A DNA stretch of 64,000 bases from contig CAJINV010000010.1 of NCBI GenBank assembly GCA_905178155.1, positions 2,402,616 to 2,466,615 of the forward strand, given 5' to 3'. The notes under the pieces are model-generated. The model was not told where the DNA came from. It saw only the letters and a program-made list of their open reading frames with translations, and searched no databases. Positions 24,901 through 38,000 of this stretch are shown here, piece after piece (position 1 is the stretch's first letter; each line of letters starts with the position of its first letter). The translations under genes were made by a program, and so were the position numbers. This DNA is from Amoebophrya sp. A120 (lineage: Eukaryota > Protista > Dinoflagellata).

Positions 24901-27900
24901 AAAGTCATCGGTGTTCCTTGTGACATCGGGTAAAGGTTGTTCACACTCTGGAAAGCGCCAAAGTTGGGGAACAACCCGGAAGTGCTGCCCATAGCGCCGC
25001 CGTTGCCGTTAGATGTACCAGAGGCAGGGCCTGCCATGGGGGTCGCAAACGGGGCCGGGAAAGATGACCCATTGGTTATTCCCATGCCACCTGGAACAAA
25101 ACCACCGCCCATCATCTGGCTGGTGCTGTCCATCGGCAACCCCTGCGCGTTCAGAGGCGGCAGAGGCACCGGTGGTAACAGCGGCATCGGGGGAAGCGCT
25201 GGGACCTGCGGTATCGTACAACTACCGGGTTGAAAGCTCGCGGCATTCACGTTGAAGTTCGTTGCGGAGAGCTGCTGTTGTTGACCTTGTTGTTGTCCGG
25301 ATGTTGATATCCTGTGCAAAAGTATCGCGCTCGTAGTAATTGCAGTCACGCATTACAAGTTTTTTTCTCGAGGTAACTCCGCATTACAAATTTTATTTCT
25401 CATGCTGAGAGGATGAGGACTTGTCATGCATTTATACGAGTACGATACTTATTTTGCAGTTCATAGTTGAAAGTAGACCGTTTGTCGTGGTAACCGAGCT
25501 ACCGACAGACATGGTTGGCTGCAGCAGAATCCCGGATCCCAAGCCGCTGGTGAGGGAGCTGTTGCAGCTGTTCAGCGTGTATCCACTGCAAATATGTCTG
25601 GGTCTGGGAGATTGCGAGATTTGTCATGCCCGTCTGGCATGACTCTCAACTCTGTATTGCATGCATGCGAAGCGCTCCTCTTGTCTGTCATGCAAAAACG
25701 CAGTTTCTGATGCGGAGTGCGCAACTCTGAAGGACGCATAAACTTGTCATCTGGGCAGCGCATTACTGTGTGCTCACTACTCCCTTCTTTGCATCACAAC
25801 TTTCCAGACCCAGAGATATTTGCAATGCATAGCGTGTTTTGGAGCAACTGCATCCCGGGTGTCGGATTGTTGTTCATCTGCGACGCGGAATATAGATTGC
25901 AAAAATGTCTGGGTTTGGAAGAATGCAAGATTGTCATGCTTGTCTGGCATGACTCGAGAATCTGTATTGCATAGGCACGAAAAGGCCCTCTTGCCTGTCA
26001 TGCAAAAACGCAGTTTGCCATGCGGAATACGTAAGACATGGCAGCCAAGAAATTTGTCATGCATAGCTGCGTATTGCAGTGCGTCCAACCATCATTCACT
26101 TTTAGCATTACAAGTTTCCAGACCCAGACATATTTGCACTTGATACGGAACTAGACAACTGCGACTGCTGTTGCGCCGAGGCCATCTGCTGCTGCTGGGC
26201 CTGGGCCGATGTCGTCGTCGACACGCCTGGCGTCGTATCAAATGCAAAAATGTCTGGGTCTGGAAGATCTTGCAACTTTGTCATGCATGTCTTGCATGAC
26301 CCATGACTGTCTGTGATGCATGACCTAGCATCACAGATTTTTAGAACCCTTCCTGATGCGTATTTCGCATGAGAAATGCCGTTTCCGCGTAGCACAAACT
26401 GGACTCCTTTTGCTCGTGATGCAATACAGATTTTTTTACAATCCAAAGATAGCATCACAAGTTGCAACCTTGTTCCAGACCCAGACATTTTTGCAATCGA
26501 TACGTCGTTGCCTGCCCAACTGTCGCGTTGGCAGGCGTGTTGAGCCCGTTGCTGTTGGGACCCCCGAGGTTGCTCCCGAACTGGAGGTTGTTCCCACTAG
26601 CTGCACCACTCGCATTCGTTCCGTTCCCAAACCCGGAAATCGGGGTCAGAATCGGCGGCTTCACGGGGGTGTCGGGCCCCAGCATCGGGGTCGTCGTGTC
26701 GTCGTAATTGTTGTATCGCGAGGAAAAACTGTTTCGCTGTAAACTTGATGTGATGCAGAAAATGGATCGCAGAACTGTGTGTCATGCTACACACGCAAGA
26801 CAATGGATTTCTAGCTGTGTTTCCCCTTACGAACCCCGCATGACAGACTTTCAGTATCATGCGTAACAAACTTGTGATGCAGATTTTGCAAAATCACCAC
26901 AGCGAAACAGTTTTTTCGTGGGATATGTTGTACGCGGGCTTGATTCCGACGGATTGCGGGGTCCGTTTCGAGGCCGCGGTCGTCTGGAGGTTTTGCTCGG
27001 ACAAATTGTTATTTTCATCTCTGTTGTGTAGTGTCACCCCGGTGTTCCTCGGAGACAGAGTCTTGCTGTTGTTGTTCATACCAGCGTTAATACTATTTCC
27101 TTTTCCAAACCCCTTCGCGGGTGACTTCATGCCGTTTTTGCCGCCGAAATTCCTCGATCGGTTTGCGTATCAAAACGAAAAATCCCCCCTCCCCATATCA
27201 AAACGGAACTTCTGATGCTGGATCTGTGTACACAAATACGCTTTGCATTGCAGAAAGGCATTGCGGCCAGATCCCCAGCCTAGGTAGAGGCATCTGGGTC
27301 TAGTTGTTCAGCATTGCAACCGGCTGCCCTTTAGGGGCACCAGCATGACAAATCGCTTCCATAAACGCGCGGAAACTTCTGGACTTGTCTTCTTGCAAGA
27401 CAAATGTGATTTGTGACCACAAATCGGCAACACAAATTTGCAGAAACATACCTCTTCAATAGGGGGAGGGGGGGTTTTCCTCACAATATCGTGTTTTCCG
27501 TAATCACCGGGTGCTCGGTTACCTTCACGTGCAGCCTTTGGCACTCTAACCCACAAGACAGCTTGTAGTGCTTGTACTCCTGGAGCGTCAGCTGAATTAC
27601 GTCCATCGCCATCTTTTTTGCCTGCTGATACCCGTGCCAGCAGGTGCACGAGATGCAGAGGTGGAGAGGCTCGTCCGACTCCTTTTGCTCCTCGCCCTCC
27701 AAATACCCGGAATCCTTCCCGCGGAGACGAAGTTTCGAGCCGGTCTCCTGGACAATCAACTTCATGTTGGCGCCCTGCGGGTAGAAGAAGAATTTGCATG
27801 AAATAAATGCGGACGAAGCAATGATCTGCATCTGCTTCAAGAGAAATATGAAATTTGTCATGCTCGAAGTTGTCCCCAATATAGCAAAGAAATCTGTCAT

Positions 27901-28958
27901 GCACTCAAACACGAGTATGTAAGTACCTTGATCCCGATCAATTTCTTCGCGACGGAGAAGTTTTCTTCGTTCTGGAGCCCGATGTCAATGCGACAGGTGT
28001 ACTTGCGGTATGGTCGAGCATTCGGGTCATTCGGCTCGTGGCTGTTTTCAATCATGCGTTGCGTTACTTTTCAGCATCACAGACATGTTTCGTCATGCAC
28101 AAAAGCGCATATATAGAAAGTAAAACCCCAAATCGAAAATCCAAAGCGCATATATAGAAGCGGACAAATCGAAAATCCAAAGTCTGTCATGCAAATCAAT
28201 ACGTCCACACAACAAGGAATAAGAAGAACCAACATCAATAAATGATCCTCAACAATTGAAAAATACCCAACAACGGAGCCCAAATCCTGTTGGGCCCAGT
28301 ACACCATCAGTTTCCCCTCTTCTCCGTTCAGCGACTTCCCTCCTAACTCTCGGATAGCCTGGTTCGCATCGCAGGCATCGAGGAACCACACGGTCGCCGA
28401 GTCATATCCCACGAAAAAACTGCTTCACTGTGGTGATTTTGCAAGATCTGCATCACAACTTTGTTACACATGACACGGAAAATTTGCCATGCGCGCATTT
28501 CCCACGAGGAAAAACACGCTTTGAAACTCCAATGCTCTATGCAGGTGTAGCAAGACAAACACTTTGGCGCTTCGTTCTCTGCATCACAAGTTCACAGTGA
28601 AACAGTTTTTTCTGGCGATAAATCACCATCGGCCTGCACTTGCACCCCGGTGACGTAGCCGAACCTGATAGTGTTTGTATTGCGACAATCTGCATAGGGC
28701 ATGACGGTTGTGATGCATCTTCAGATCATAGCGCAATAGCACACGACAAAATGGATGTTTTCTACTCCAGGCCATTGAAATTTTAAAAAAACTTTTATAC
28801 CGTTGAAAGACTTTCTTCAAATCTGCTTCCGTGAAGCGGTAAGCGTAGCTGATGCCCTCCACATGAACGTTGATCGCTGAGCCTTTGGGAACAGGCACAG
28901 ACGCATCGACACCTTGGCCTAGGGCCTGGCTGGAATTAGTAAACTGCTGTTGAATCAT
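21990..28958 (-). CDS. RNA-binding protein: N-terminal RRM, SF1/KHDC4-like KH domain, low-complexity middle, CysRS anticodon-domain-like motif
   Basis: NVHVEGISYAYRFTEADLKKVFQRY..SATVWFLDACDANQAIRELGG (RRM); FSVAKKLIGIK|GANMKLIVQETGSKLRLRGKDSGYLEG..EPLHLCIS (KH). The 3' end is approximate. Confidence 0.78.
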
Positions 28959-31900
28959 TTTCAAAGAAAAAGGTAAAGAGAGAGAGAGAGTGAACAACAA
29001 TAAACAGGTTCTTTAATAGGGTCGTGGATAGTAAAATCGGGGTGGATTTAACACGTTTTTCTTCTTGGAAAAAGTTTTGTGTACAATTCTTACTTTCAGG
29101 GTAGTAGTGTGTAAATAGCTTTTCGAAAGTAGATACGTCGAGAATAAGTAGTTTCAAAATCGCCACCAGGGTCGTGGTTTTTTTCGAAAATAAGTGTTTG
29201 AGAAAGAAAAGTGCTTCTATCGGCCTTACTATCTTAAAAATATCTCGAAGACTTTTTTGTACAATACTTGTATCTTAGATAATCTATCGCCCGAGTCGTG
29301 TCTTCAAATCTTACAAGTATTACTTGTTTCTGAACTCAAGCTTTTCTCTTGTCTTTGTTCAGTTGTATCTTATTCAGTTTATTTGTGTGAAGATCTGGAG
29401 AAAATTTCTAGCGCTTTGGTAATAATAGACTGTTGAAGCGTGGTTCTTTTTTCACGTGGTATCAACAGCAAATATCCTCTTTTTCCAAAAAATCCAGTGC
29501 TCGACGTTGTCTATATGGAGTGAATCTGGATTTTGATAATCAGTAGTCTTACAAAGAAGTTTCTAGAACTTAAACGCACTGTTTGTCTGCCTAAAAAGCG
29601 AGAGTTATGTCTTCGAAGATATGATTGGTTTCGTGTAGTTTTCTTTTTTAGTAAGGCTTTTCGTGGATAAAAATATTCGTTGTATTTGGAGTTCTTGTCG
29701 ATTTTGTGTTTTTTTGATAGCGCTGCTTTCAGACGAATTAAGTACAGTAGGTACGAAGAGGATTCCAAAGACTGAACTAGAAATTCAAACTAGATTAATC
29801 AGACTAAAAACGCTCAAAACCTATACGATTTCTAAAATCCAAGTATGATAAAACAACTTGGGTCTAAAAGGCGCAATATGATCGGCGAGAGTTTCAATAT
29901 CCAATAAGCTAGTCGAATTAGTTTAGTGTTTGAGCCTCACCAATGAATTCAATGCAATATGCAAGTGCAAATGCAACGACCACTGTTACCTGTTTATTTT
30001 TTTTTGGGAGATGAAATAAATTTCGATAACAAGTACTTCAATGCGACGTCTCACTTCAGCTGCTAAAAGTGCTTTGTCAAATTAAGGAAAAATGTGCAGG
30101 AGCGACCTGATTTTTACTCTACCAAATGTAAAAACTCGATCGCCAATTGTTCAAGTGTGGGTTTTTTCTGCCGAGCGATTTATTTCAGCGGTATAATTTT
30201 GGATCTAGGGGTTCAAACAATTCTCTAACAGGGTTTGCAATTCTTCGAATTTAGGGATCAAAACAGAACGTCTAATTGGTTGCAAACAAAAACTTCGAAT
30301 TTTTATCGCTGTGGTTGCAAGGCAGGAACTGTTTTTTTGTGTTTTTTTTGTGATCAACATCATGAAGCTGGATCATTGTCGGATCGACGTTTCAGATGTG
30401 ATCCTATATTGCAATGATTTCGAGATCTATTTCCGAACTTGCGACAGTCACCGAGGCCGCTCTGGAGTGTGACACGCGGAATGTTTTCAGTACACTAGTA
30501 CTTGATGCGTCGTGTTCAGACATTTTACTAAGTAGTCTACCACATCAGGTTTTTTTTCACTTTCGCACCACTTGAACGGATCATTTTTTAGCTGCGCGAC
30601 CGATTCTTCGCACCATTTTCTCAGACCGATTTGAATGTGCATCGTGGTCCGCGGGATTGAAAAGAACAAAAGACTAAAATGAATGGGGTTCTTGTACTAG
30701 CCGTCGTCGATAGTATAACACCGGTACAAATTCGAACAGCAACTTCTTGTAGTTTGTCAACATGAAGTGCGCAAGCTGCAAAAAAGGTTTTTTTGCGAGC
30801 GCGACGTGGGTGTCGCCACCAGGTAAGAAAAGTCCCAAACCAATCGATGTTTCTTGATAAGTACACTGTACTAGTACTTACTCAATTTGATACAAATCCA
30901 GTTTGTCGCTAAATATTAAAACCTGCGTAGTTGTAAGCCGTGTCAGGGGGGCGGCCTTCGTGGTCAGCCACTCGTGTAGTTGAAAAGGTTCTTCTTGCGC
31001 GCAGTCACGGCTTGACGGCGCTTCTGCGCCAAAGTAATCACTCTTTATTCACCACGGGGGGGGGGAATGCAATGTCGCTTCTTCCCGGAGGTAAGACTAC
31101 CTTCCCCGGGCCCTAGAATTATTCCAGGGTCGTACAGAAATCGATCGAATCGATCTTGAATAAAAGCATGACACACAGCTTTTCTTTTGTGAAAGAAGTC
31201 GCCAGTGTATCATCTATCCGAGAAAGAGAATAAACCATTTCACGTCATAAGAGGACAGATAGGATTGTTGTGTTCCAAATACTAGCAAACAAGTTCGTTG
31301 GGAAAGAAGTTTCGCTGTAAAAAAGTCATTTAATGGCCAGGACGCAGCCATACCCTGCGCAGCACTTTTGCACGCAGCGAAGCGGACTTCATCGAACCAG
31401 CGGCACGACTAGTAGAGGAAAGTACAACTTAGCCACTTCTACTTTGTTAGATATACCAGAATGGTGGTGGACCACTTTTTTTTCGACCTGCCAGTCCCGA
31501 ATCCATCAGGTCTGGCTGTGCCCAGTTATTTCAGGAAAAATGCAGAACGCGGTGGAGCTGCTCAAAGTACAATAACGCACTGAGAAAGTAGTAGTAGAAT
31601 CATCACATTACTTACGCATGAAGCCAAATTCTAGATTTCTCCAGACCCCATGCGGTGCTGTGTGACAGTAGGCAGCGAAAATGCACACCAGCACAGCCAC
31701 TCTAGAAGTTGCAATCTTTTTTGTGCTGGATAACGAACACGGAAGTACTTACGAACCAGTCGCACCCTTCCGCTGCTTCCAAATCGATGCACAGTTTTGA
31801 AGGTACAAAAGAGGACCACTTTATTTGACAGAGACGAAGTTTCTTTCCAAATTAATGCACCATGATGTCGTGATACAGCTAAAAACTAAAACTTGCTCGA

Positions 31901-32006
31901 CTTAGGACGCGTCCTTGTTCATCTTTATGCTATTTTATTTCTTTACTAACGTCGGGAGTTTATTTTTACCTTCAATGCAGAACTACGTAGTCGTAAGTAC
32001 CTACCA

Positions 32007-35000
32007 TCAGGCCTCTATCCTCCGTACGCGTTCCCTCTCCTGCCCACCGCGGCCCTTCGGCGTGGCAAAAATGCCGCACTTCTGCAAGTAGTACGCCGCT
32101 GCAACCGCCAAGGCTTTGTGTATCCCACAGAAAAAAGCTGGCAGGGCATATTTGTAATGCCAAAACAAACACACAGAAAAATCTCTCATGGGCGGCCTCA
32201 TAGCATGCTGTTTAGGATACGCAATACAGATTTTTTTGTGTATTTATTTTTGCATTACAAATGTGACCTGCCAGCTTTTTTCTGTGGGATATTGTGCGCC
32301 GTTTGCTCGAAGGCCGCGGGTTTTACCTTTTCTACCAGAAACTTCTCGTCGATTTTGTACCATTCGACAAGCTCGACTAGCCGCTCACAAATCGTCTGTT
32401 TCAGCTGGCAGTGGTGCGGAAAGTGGGAGAGTTCGTACAAGTGCAGGACAATTTTCATCCGCGGCTTGAAGAATTCCTCCAGAAACTCCTCCTGGGATCT
32501 CGTCAGCCGGTTCTCACTGGAAAAATTCATCGAGTCAACGGTCGACGCGGTCGTGCACCAGTCTTCTTTCAGTTTGATTTATCAAGTGCAAATATGTCTG
32601 GGTCTCCTGGAAGGGTGCATGTTTGTCATGCTTGTCTGGCATGACTCTGAAATCTGTCACGCACGTTACCCAAGAGCCCCATTTTTCTGTCATGCAGAAA
32701 CGCAGTTTTTCATGCAGAATAGGCAACACCTAAAAGCCCAGGGACTTGTCATGCTGCGCCAGCACTTGGGGCCTCCTCATGATACGCCACCCAGCATCGC
32801 AAGTTTCCAGACCCAGACACTTCTGCATTCGATATGATTTTCGCGATGTCGATTAAGCAGTGAAACGCGCCTTCCGCCTGTTCCCAGGGATGTTATGGAA
32901 GCAAAAAACTGTGTGAGTGTAACTTTTTTGCAGGAACAGCATCACAGATTTGCTTTGCATGACAGAAAACCTGTCATGCGTAGCTAGTATGCGAAAACAC
33001 GTATTGAAATAGCCTCTGATGCAAATCCGGCATGACAAGTGTAACTGTATTGCAACACCTGCAAGACAAAGTTACACTTACACAGTTTTTTTCTTGCATA
33101 GCTGTAACACTCCGTGCACCGTGCAGTTCATGCAGCCGCCCTTGTCCCGGAACTTTTTGAAGTTCCGCGGCGCCACGGACCCGCAAGAATACATGGTGGC
33201 GTCGTCGAACCTGGGTCGTAGGGTTGGTTTTATTCATGATTTTCGGCTATAACAAGATCAAGAAGAAGTTGATAACTCCATGCAGCATGACAAAAAGTGT
33301 TGATGAAAAAACAACACTACATGTCCTCCTGTTGTACCTTGGATCTTTCTCCAATTTCCCCAGCCCGTCCTTATCGTCCAATTTATATTCCCGTCTCCTC
33401 AACGGGACGGAGAACGGCCTGTGGACCGAAAAAACTGCGTTAGTGTACGTGTCTTCGGGTGACAGCATGACAAATCTGTTCTGCATGACGAAGAAATCCT
33501 GTCATGCACAGATAGTACGTGAAAACACGTTTATGAAATAGGACGTCATGGTTGGCTAGCATGACAAGTGTAAAAGTGTGGCATGCTTTGCATGACAGAC
33601 TTACACTTACACAGATTTTTCCTTGCATACGGCCCGGAGGGGGTGTACTGCGCGAAGTTTTTTGAATCCATGGGTTGGTCCTCCCCATTCTTCAGGAACG
33701 TGTCCAATCCCGGAAATTTGTATCGGTCCTGCTCCTTCTCCGGCTCAAATCCGTGGTTCATGCTGTCGTTTAGCGTGGTCAGGGTTCGCAAATCGCCCGT
33801 AAAAATCTCGTCCACCTTTTCGTACAGGCAGAGAACGATGGCGAGCGCTTCCCCCGCGTTCTTTCGCAGGCAGTTGATGTTGTCCCCGATCGCGAAGATC
33901 AACAATTTCAGCAACCGATCCAAATGCAAACATGTCTGGGTCTGGAAGAATGCTGGAGATTGCGAGGCAGATTTTGCATGACCCATGACGTCTGCGATGC
34001 ATGCTGTAGCATCACAGATTCTGCAAGGGCTTCCTGATGCCCATACCGCATGGGAAATGCCCTCTCTCCGTAGCAAAAACTGGACCTTTTTTGCTCTTCG
34101 CGCAATACAGATTGTATGTAGAGTCCAGAGGTAGCATCACAGGTTGCATCCCTCCAGACCCAGACATATTTGCGTTTGATACAGCCGATCCAAGTGCGGC
34201 CGCATCTCCTCCGGGAAGGCGGACGCGAGTTTATTGTGAGGAAAAATCCCCCCTCCCCATATCGAAAACGCGTGCTTTTCAAAATTTGTGATGCTGCTTT
34301 GTGGTCACAAATCGCGTCTGTCTTGCAAAAAAGCAAAGCCAGAGCTTCCGCCGCATCTCGCAGGCGCTTTGTAGTGCTGCTGCGCCAATGGGGCAGACCT
34401 CTGCCATGCTAAATGACTACCTGAAGCCACCCCTTTCCGGGCTTTGTATAATCTGCCTGCAGTGCTCCGCTGCAAGACAAAGCTGATTTGTGTACGCAAA
34501 CACAGCAGCACAGACTTCCCTTTCGATATGGGGAGGGGGAATTTTTCATTTTGATAGAGTTTGGCCGCGGCGAGACAAGCGTGGTCACGAACGGGCCAGG
34601 ATTCGTCTTCGAGGGAAGACAAGACCGCGAGGATGAGCATGTCGATACGACGGAATACTTGCAGGGAGGTAGAAGTTTTCGTTGGTGATGTTGTTGATAC
34701 AGAGGAAGTACCAGTAGAACCACCAGCACCGGTCGCATGATCCGGCTTTTTGATGCCTCCCCCCACTGCTGCTGCTGTTCCTCTTCCTTCGCCCAGCATG
34801 AACTGGAAATTTTCCTTGCGAAAATCCGGCGCGGACTGGCTGGCGACTAGAACGGGGGAAGTGAATTTTTCCAGAAATTTATCCTATAGTAAAAACGTCC
34901 CCACCCCATAGCCAAGTTGGTAAATCTGCAACACAAATCGCTTCGCTTTGGGAGTTATGCATGACAAGCTTGTTCCGTCTGTAGTGTAGTGCTGTTTAGC

Positions 35001-38000
35001 AAGGACAGCCGCATCACAAAGACGCCTTCTTATCGTGTTTACAGCATTACAAATGTCAGAAATTGACTACAGATGCCTCTCATGGGGATGGGCATTACAG
35101 ACATTTCTGTAGATGCGAATATGCATGACAACTAAGGTGTGGGGACGTTTTTACATAGGATAGAAATGCTTTTTGTTCCGCACATCCACCGCTACCCGGT
35201 CCGCCAGCTCCAAGATGCATTTTATCGAAAGGAAACGCCCCCCCCCTGCTGATATTGCAAAGGAAACTTCTGTTGCTGATTTTGCGTACACAAATCCGCT
35301 TTGTCTTGCAGTGAGACACAAATGAAGCAGCTGTGTCCTGCAATAGAGACAGGATTTGTGGCCACGAATCAGCATCACAAATTTTCAGCAGCATACATTT
35401 TCAGTATGGGGAGGGGGGCCTTGTCCTCACAATACATTTGCACGCCGCTTCTCGGACCGCGTGGTTGGGCGCGTTCGTGGAGTCGCAGTAGGCGTCGGTT
35501 ATCTCGTCGAGTACCTCCAAAATCAGCGGAATTCCGCCAAAAGGGTTCAGGATCTTCCAGTTTTCCTGGCTGTACAGCCTCACCCCCTCCGCGACGTAGT
35601 GGCGGTTCAGACACAGATATCGCAGGAAAAAAGTGCTACACTTACACACATAGTCTATGCAGGCCAAGCAAGACAGACAAGCTCTGTCAACATGCCGGAT
35701 ATGCATAGGAGCCTCGTTTCGTCGGTGTTTTATTCCCGTAGGGTTTCTGCATGACAAGTTTTCTCTCTCATGCCGAGAAATTTGTGTTGCAGTTGCTGAA
35801 TTCACTACTACAAATTTGTAACTGTAACACTTTTTTCGTGGGATAACATAAACGGGGCAAATAGCTTGATGTGGGACTTGATTTTGTTTTTCATATCCTG
35901 TTGCTGCGTCGAACTGTCGGGAGCGCTAGTGCAAGAACTCCGCATCGCTGGCGGTAATTGCAAATTCTCCGCGTCTTCTCGTCTGACCGCGTTTTGGTTA
36001 TCAAATGCAAAAATGTCTGGGTCTGGAAACTTGTGATGCAAGGAAGGGAATATTGATCACACTGTAATGCGCACCCCAGCATGACAAGTTCTTCCGTGGT
36101 TCAGAGTTGCGCAATCCGCATGAGAAACTGCGTTTTCGCAAGACAGACAAGAGGACCTCTTCGCGGGCACGCAATACAGAGTTTAGAGTCATGCCAGACT
36201 AGCATGACAAATCTCGCAATCTCCCAGACCCAGACATATTTGCAGTTCATATTGGTATTGAACGAACAATTTGTGCTCCATCATCGCTCGGACGGCTTTC
36301 GAAGCGGCGTATTTCACTTGCGACCAGTTGTCCTGCAACCCGTAGGTCACCGCCTGGGCCAGGGAGGTTCGCAGGTCCGATAAGAGTGGGATCAAATCTG
36401 CAAAACACAAAAACGCGTATTCCCTCACAAACCGATTACTGTGCTCCACGCACTGAAGCAGGAAATATTCCACGGAAAAAGGGACCTGCTGGATCACCGG
36501 TTCTGGTGGCTTTGAGGTCGTATTGATGTTGTTCCCTGCAGGACTCGATTCGCACTGCACCAGGAAAGATTGGATCGAAGGGATACCAGAAGATGTTGCT
36601 CCACCACCTGTTCTCACCATTTGCAAGACAAATTCCGTCGTGGTTTTCGTCGGCTTGGAGCCCTGTCGGTACTGTAAATCGTTATACCCCCCGACCTATG
36701 GATTGCAAATATCCCTCGATGTCTGGAAGAATACAAACTTGTGATGCGCATTGCAGAACACAGAAAGATCTCTCATGCATAGGTAGCAAAGGCTGGCCAC
36801 TTTCTGTCACCCAAGTGGGGCGACCTTTGTTGTTGGCGAAATGTCCCAGTATGCTGCAGTGGCCGTGAACACAATAGCGAAATAAGAAGTAGATGGTGGT
36901 TGGTAGGTGGTTGCACGTTGTGCGTTGGTGGTTTATTCTTGCATGACAAATGTTACTTGACTCAAGGGCCCTGATAGTGCATTGATTGTTCATTCGGTTT
37001 CTTCATGTGTTGAGATGTTTCGTCATTGGATTATAGGTGGTAGATCTAAGATTTCCTATGATTTAGTTTCTATCTCTCACATAATTTGAGTAGTCAGGCT
37101 CTGTATCCGATCATTAGATTTAAGCTCTCACTTGATTACCGATCGTATAGTTAGTTCAGATTTGGATCACGACATTCTGGCTGAATACTGGAACGGGTAT
37201 TTTTCCGATCCAAACATCCCGCCTATGTCGTATCCAACATCTGCTCGGTAAGTGTATAAAACTTGTAAAGTTTTTTGTTGTAAATTTTAGTAAATAAATG
37301 CGTAAAATTTTCGTAAAGTTCCAGAAAATTCCATTTGTAAAATTTGTCATAAATATGCAAGATTTACTGTAACTGTCATGCCAAAATTGGTTTTCCTACT
37401 TTCCAAAATACTTCCCGCCTGTTACTGGATTAAGGTGATTTCTTAATTTTACAAACTACGTTTTTACTACTTGTACTCTAATTCTACTGCTTTACTGCTA
37501 AAATCATACACGCACTGTAAATCATACATAAACTCGAATCATTAGTAAAGTAAACTGATCAACCGGCCTTGATGCTGGTACTCGCATCGGAAGATAGCAA
37601 CTCCTTCACATACTATAGACTTGAAATCTCGATTGACATTTTGAGGCACGCGAGGCAATTTTTACGGCGCAATTTCAATTTGAAGCTGTTTCAAACCGCG
37701 ATGAAATTCTTCACCAGAGCAAACTTTGGTAAGAATATTCGCCCGGTTTGCATTGCTTGAAACTTGAATTGGCTCTACAGTCCCTTTTTCGGTTAAATCT
37801 TTCACATAGAGATCACGGATCTCCATATGTTTTAGCTTGGCAGGGATGCCAGCAGCTCCTACCGTGATTTTACACGCGGCAGAATTGTCACCCGAAATCG
37901 GTAGCGGAAGTTCAATTCTCTCGAAAGTGAATTGACTTAATGTCTCCCAGATCGATTGACAAAACATGTAAATCCGTAGTGCTGCTTTAGCAGTTTCACC

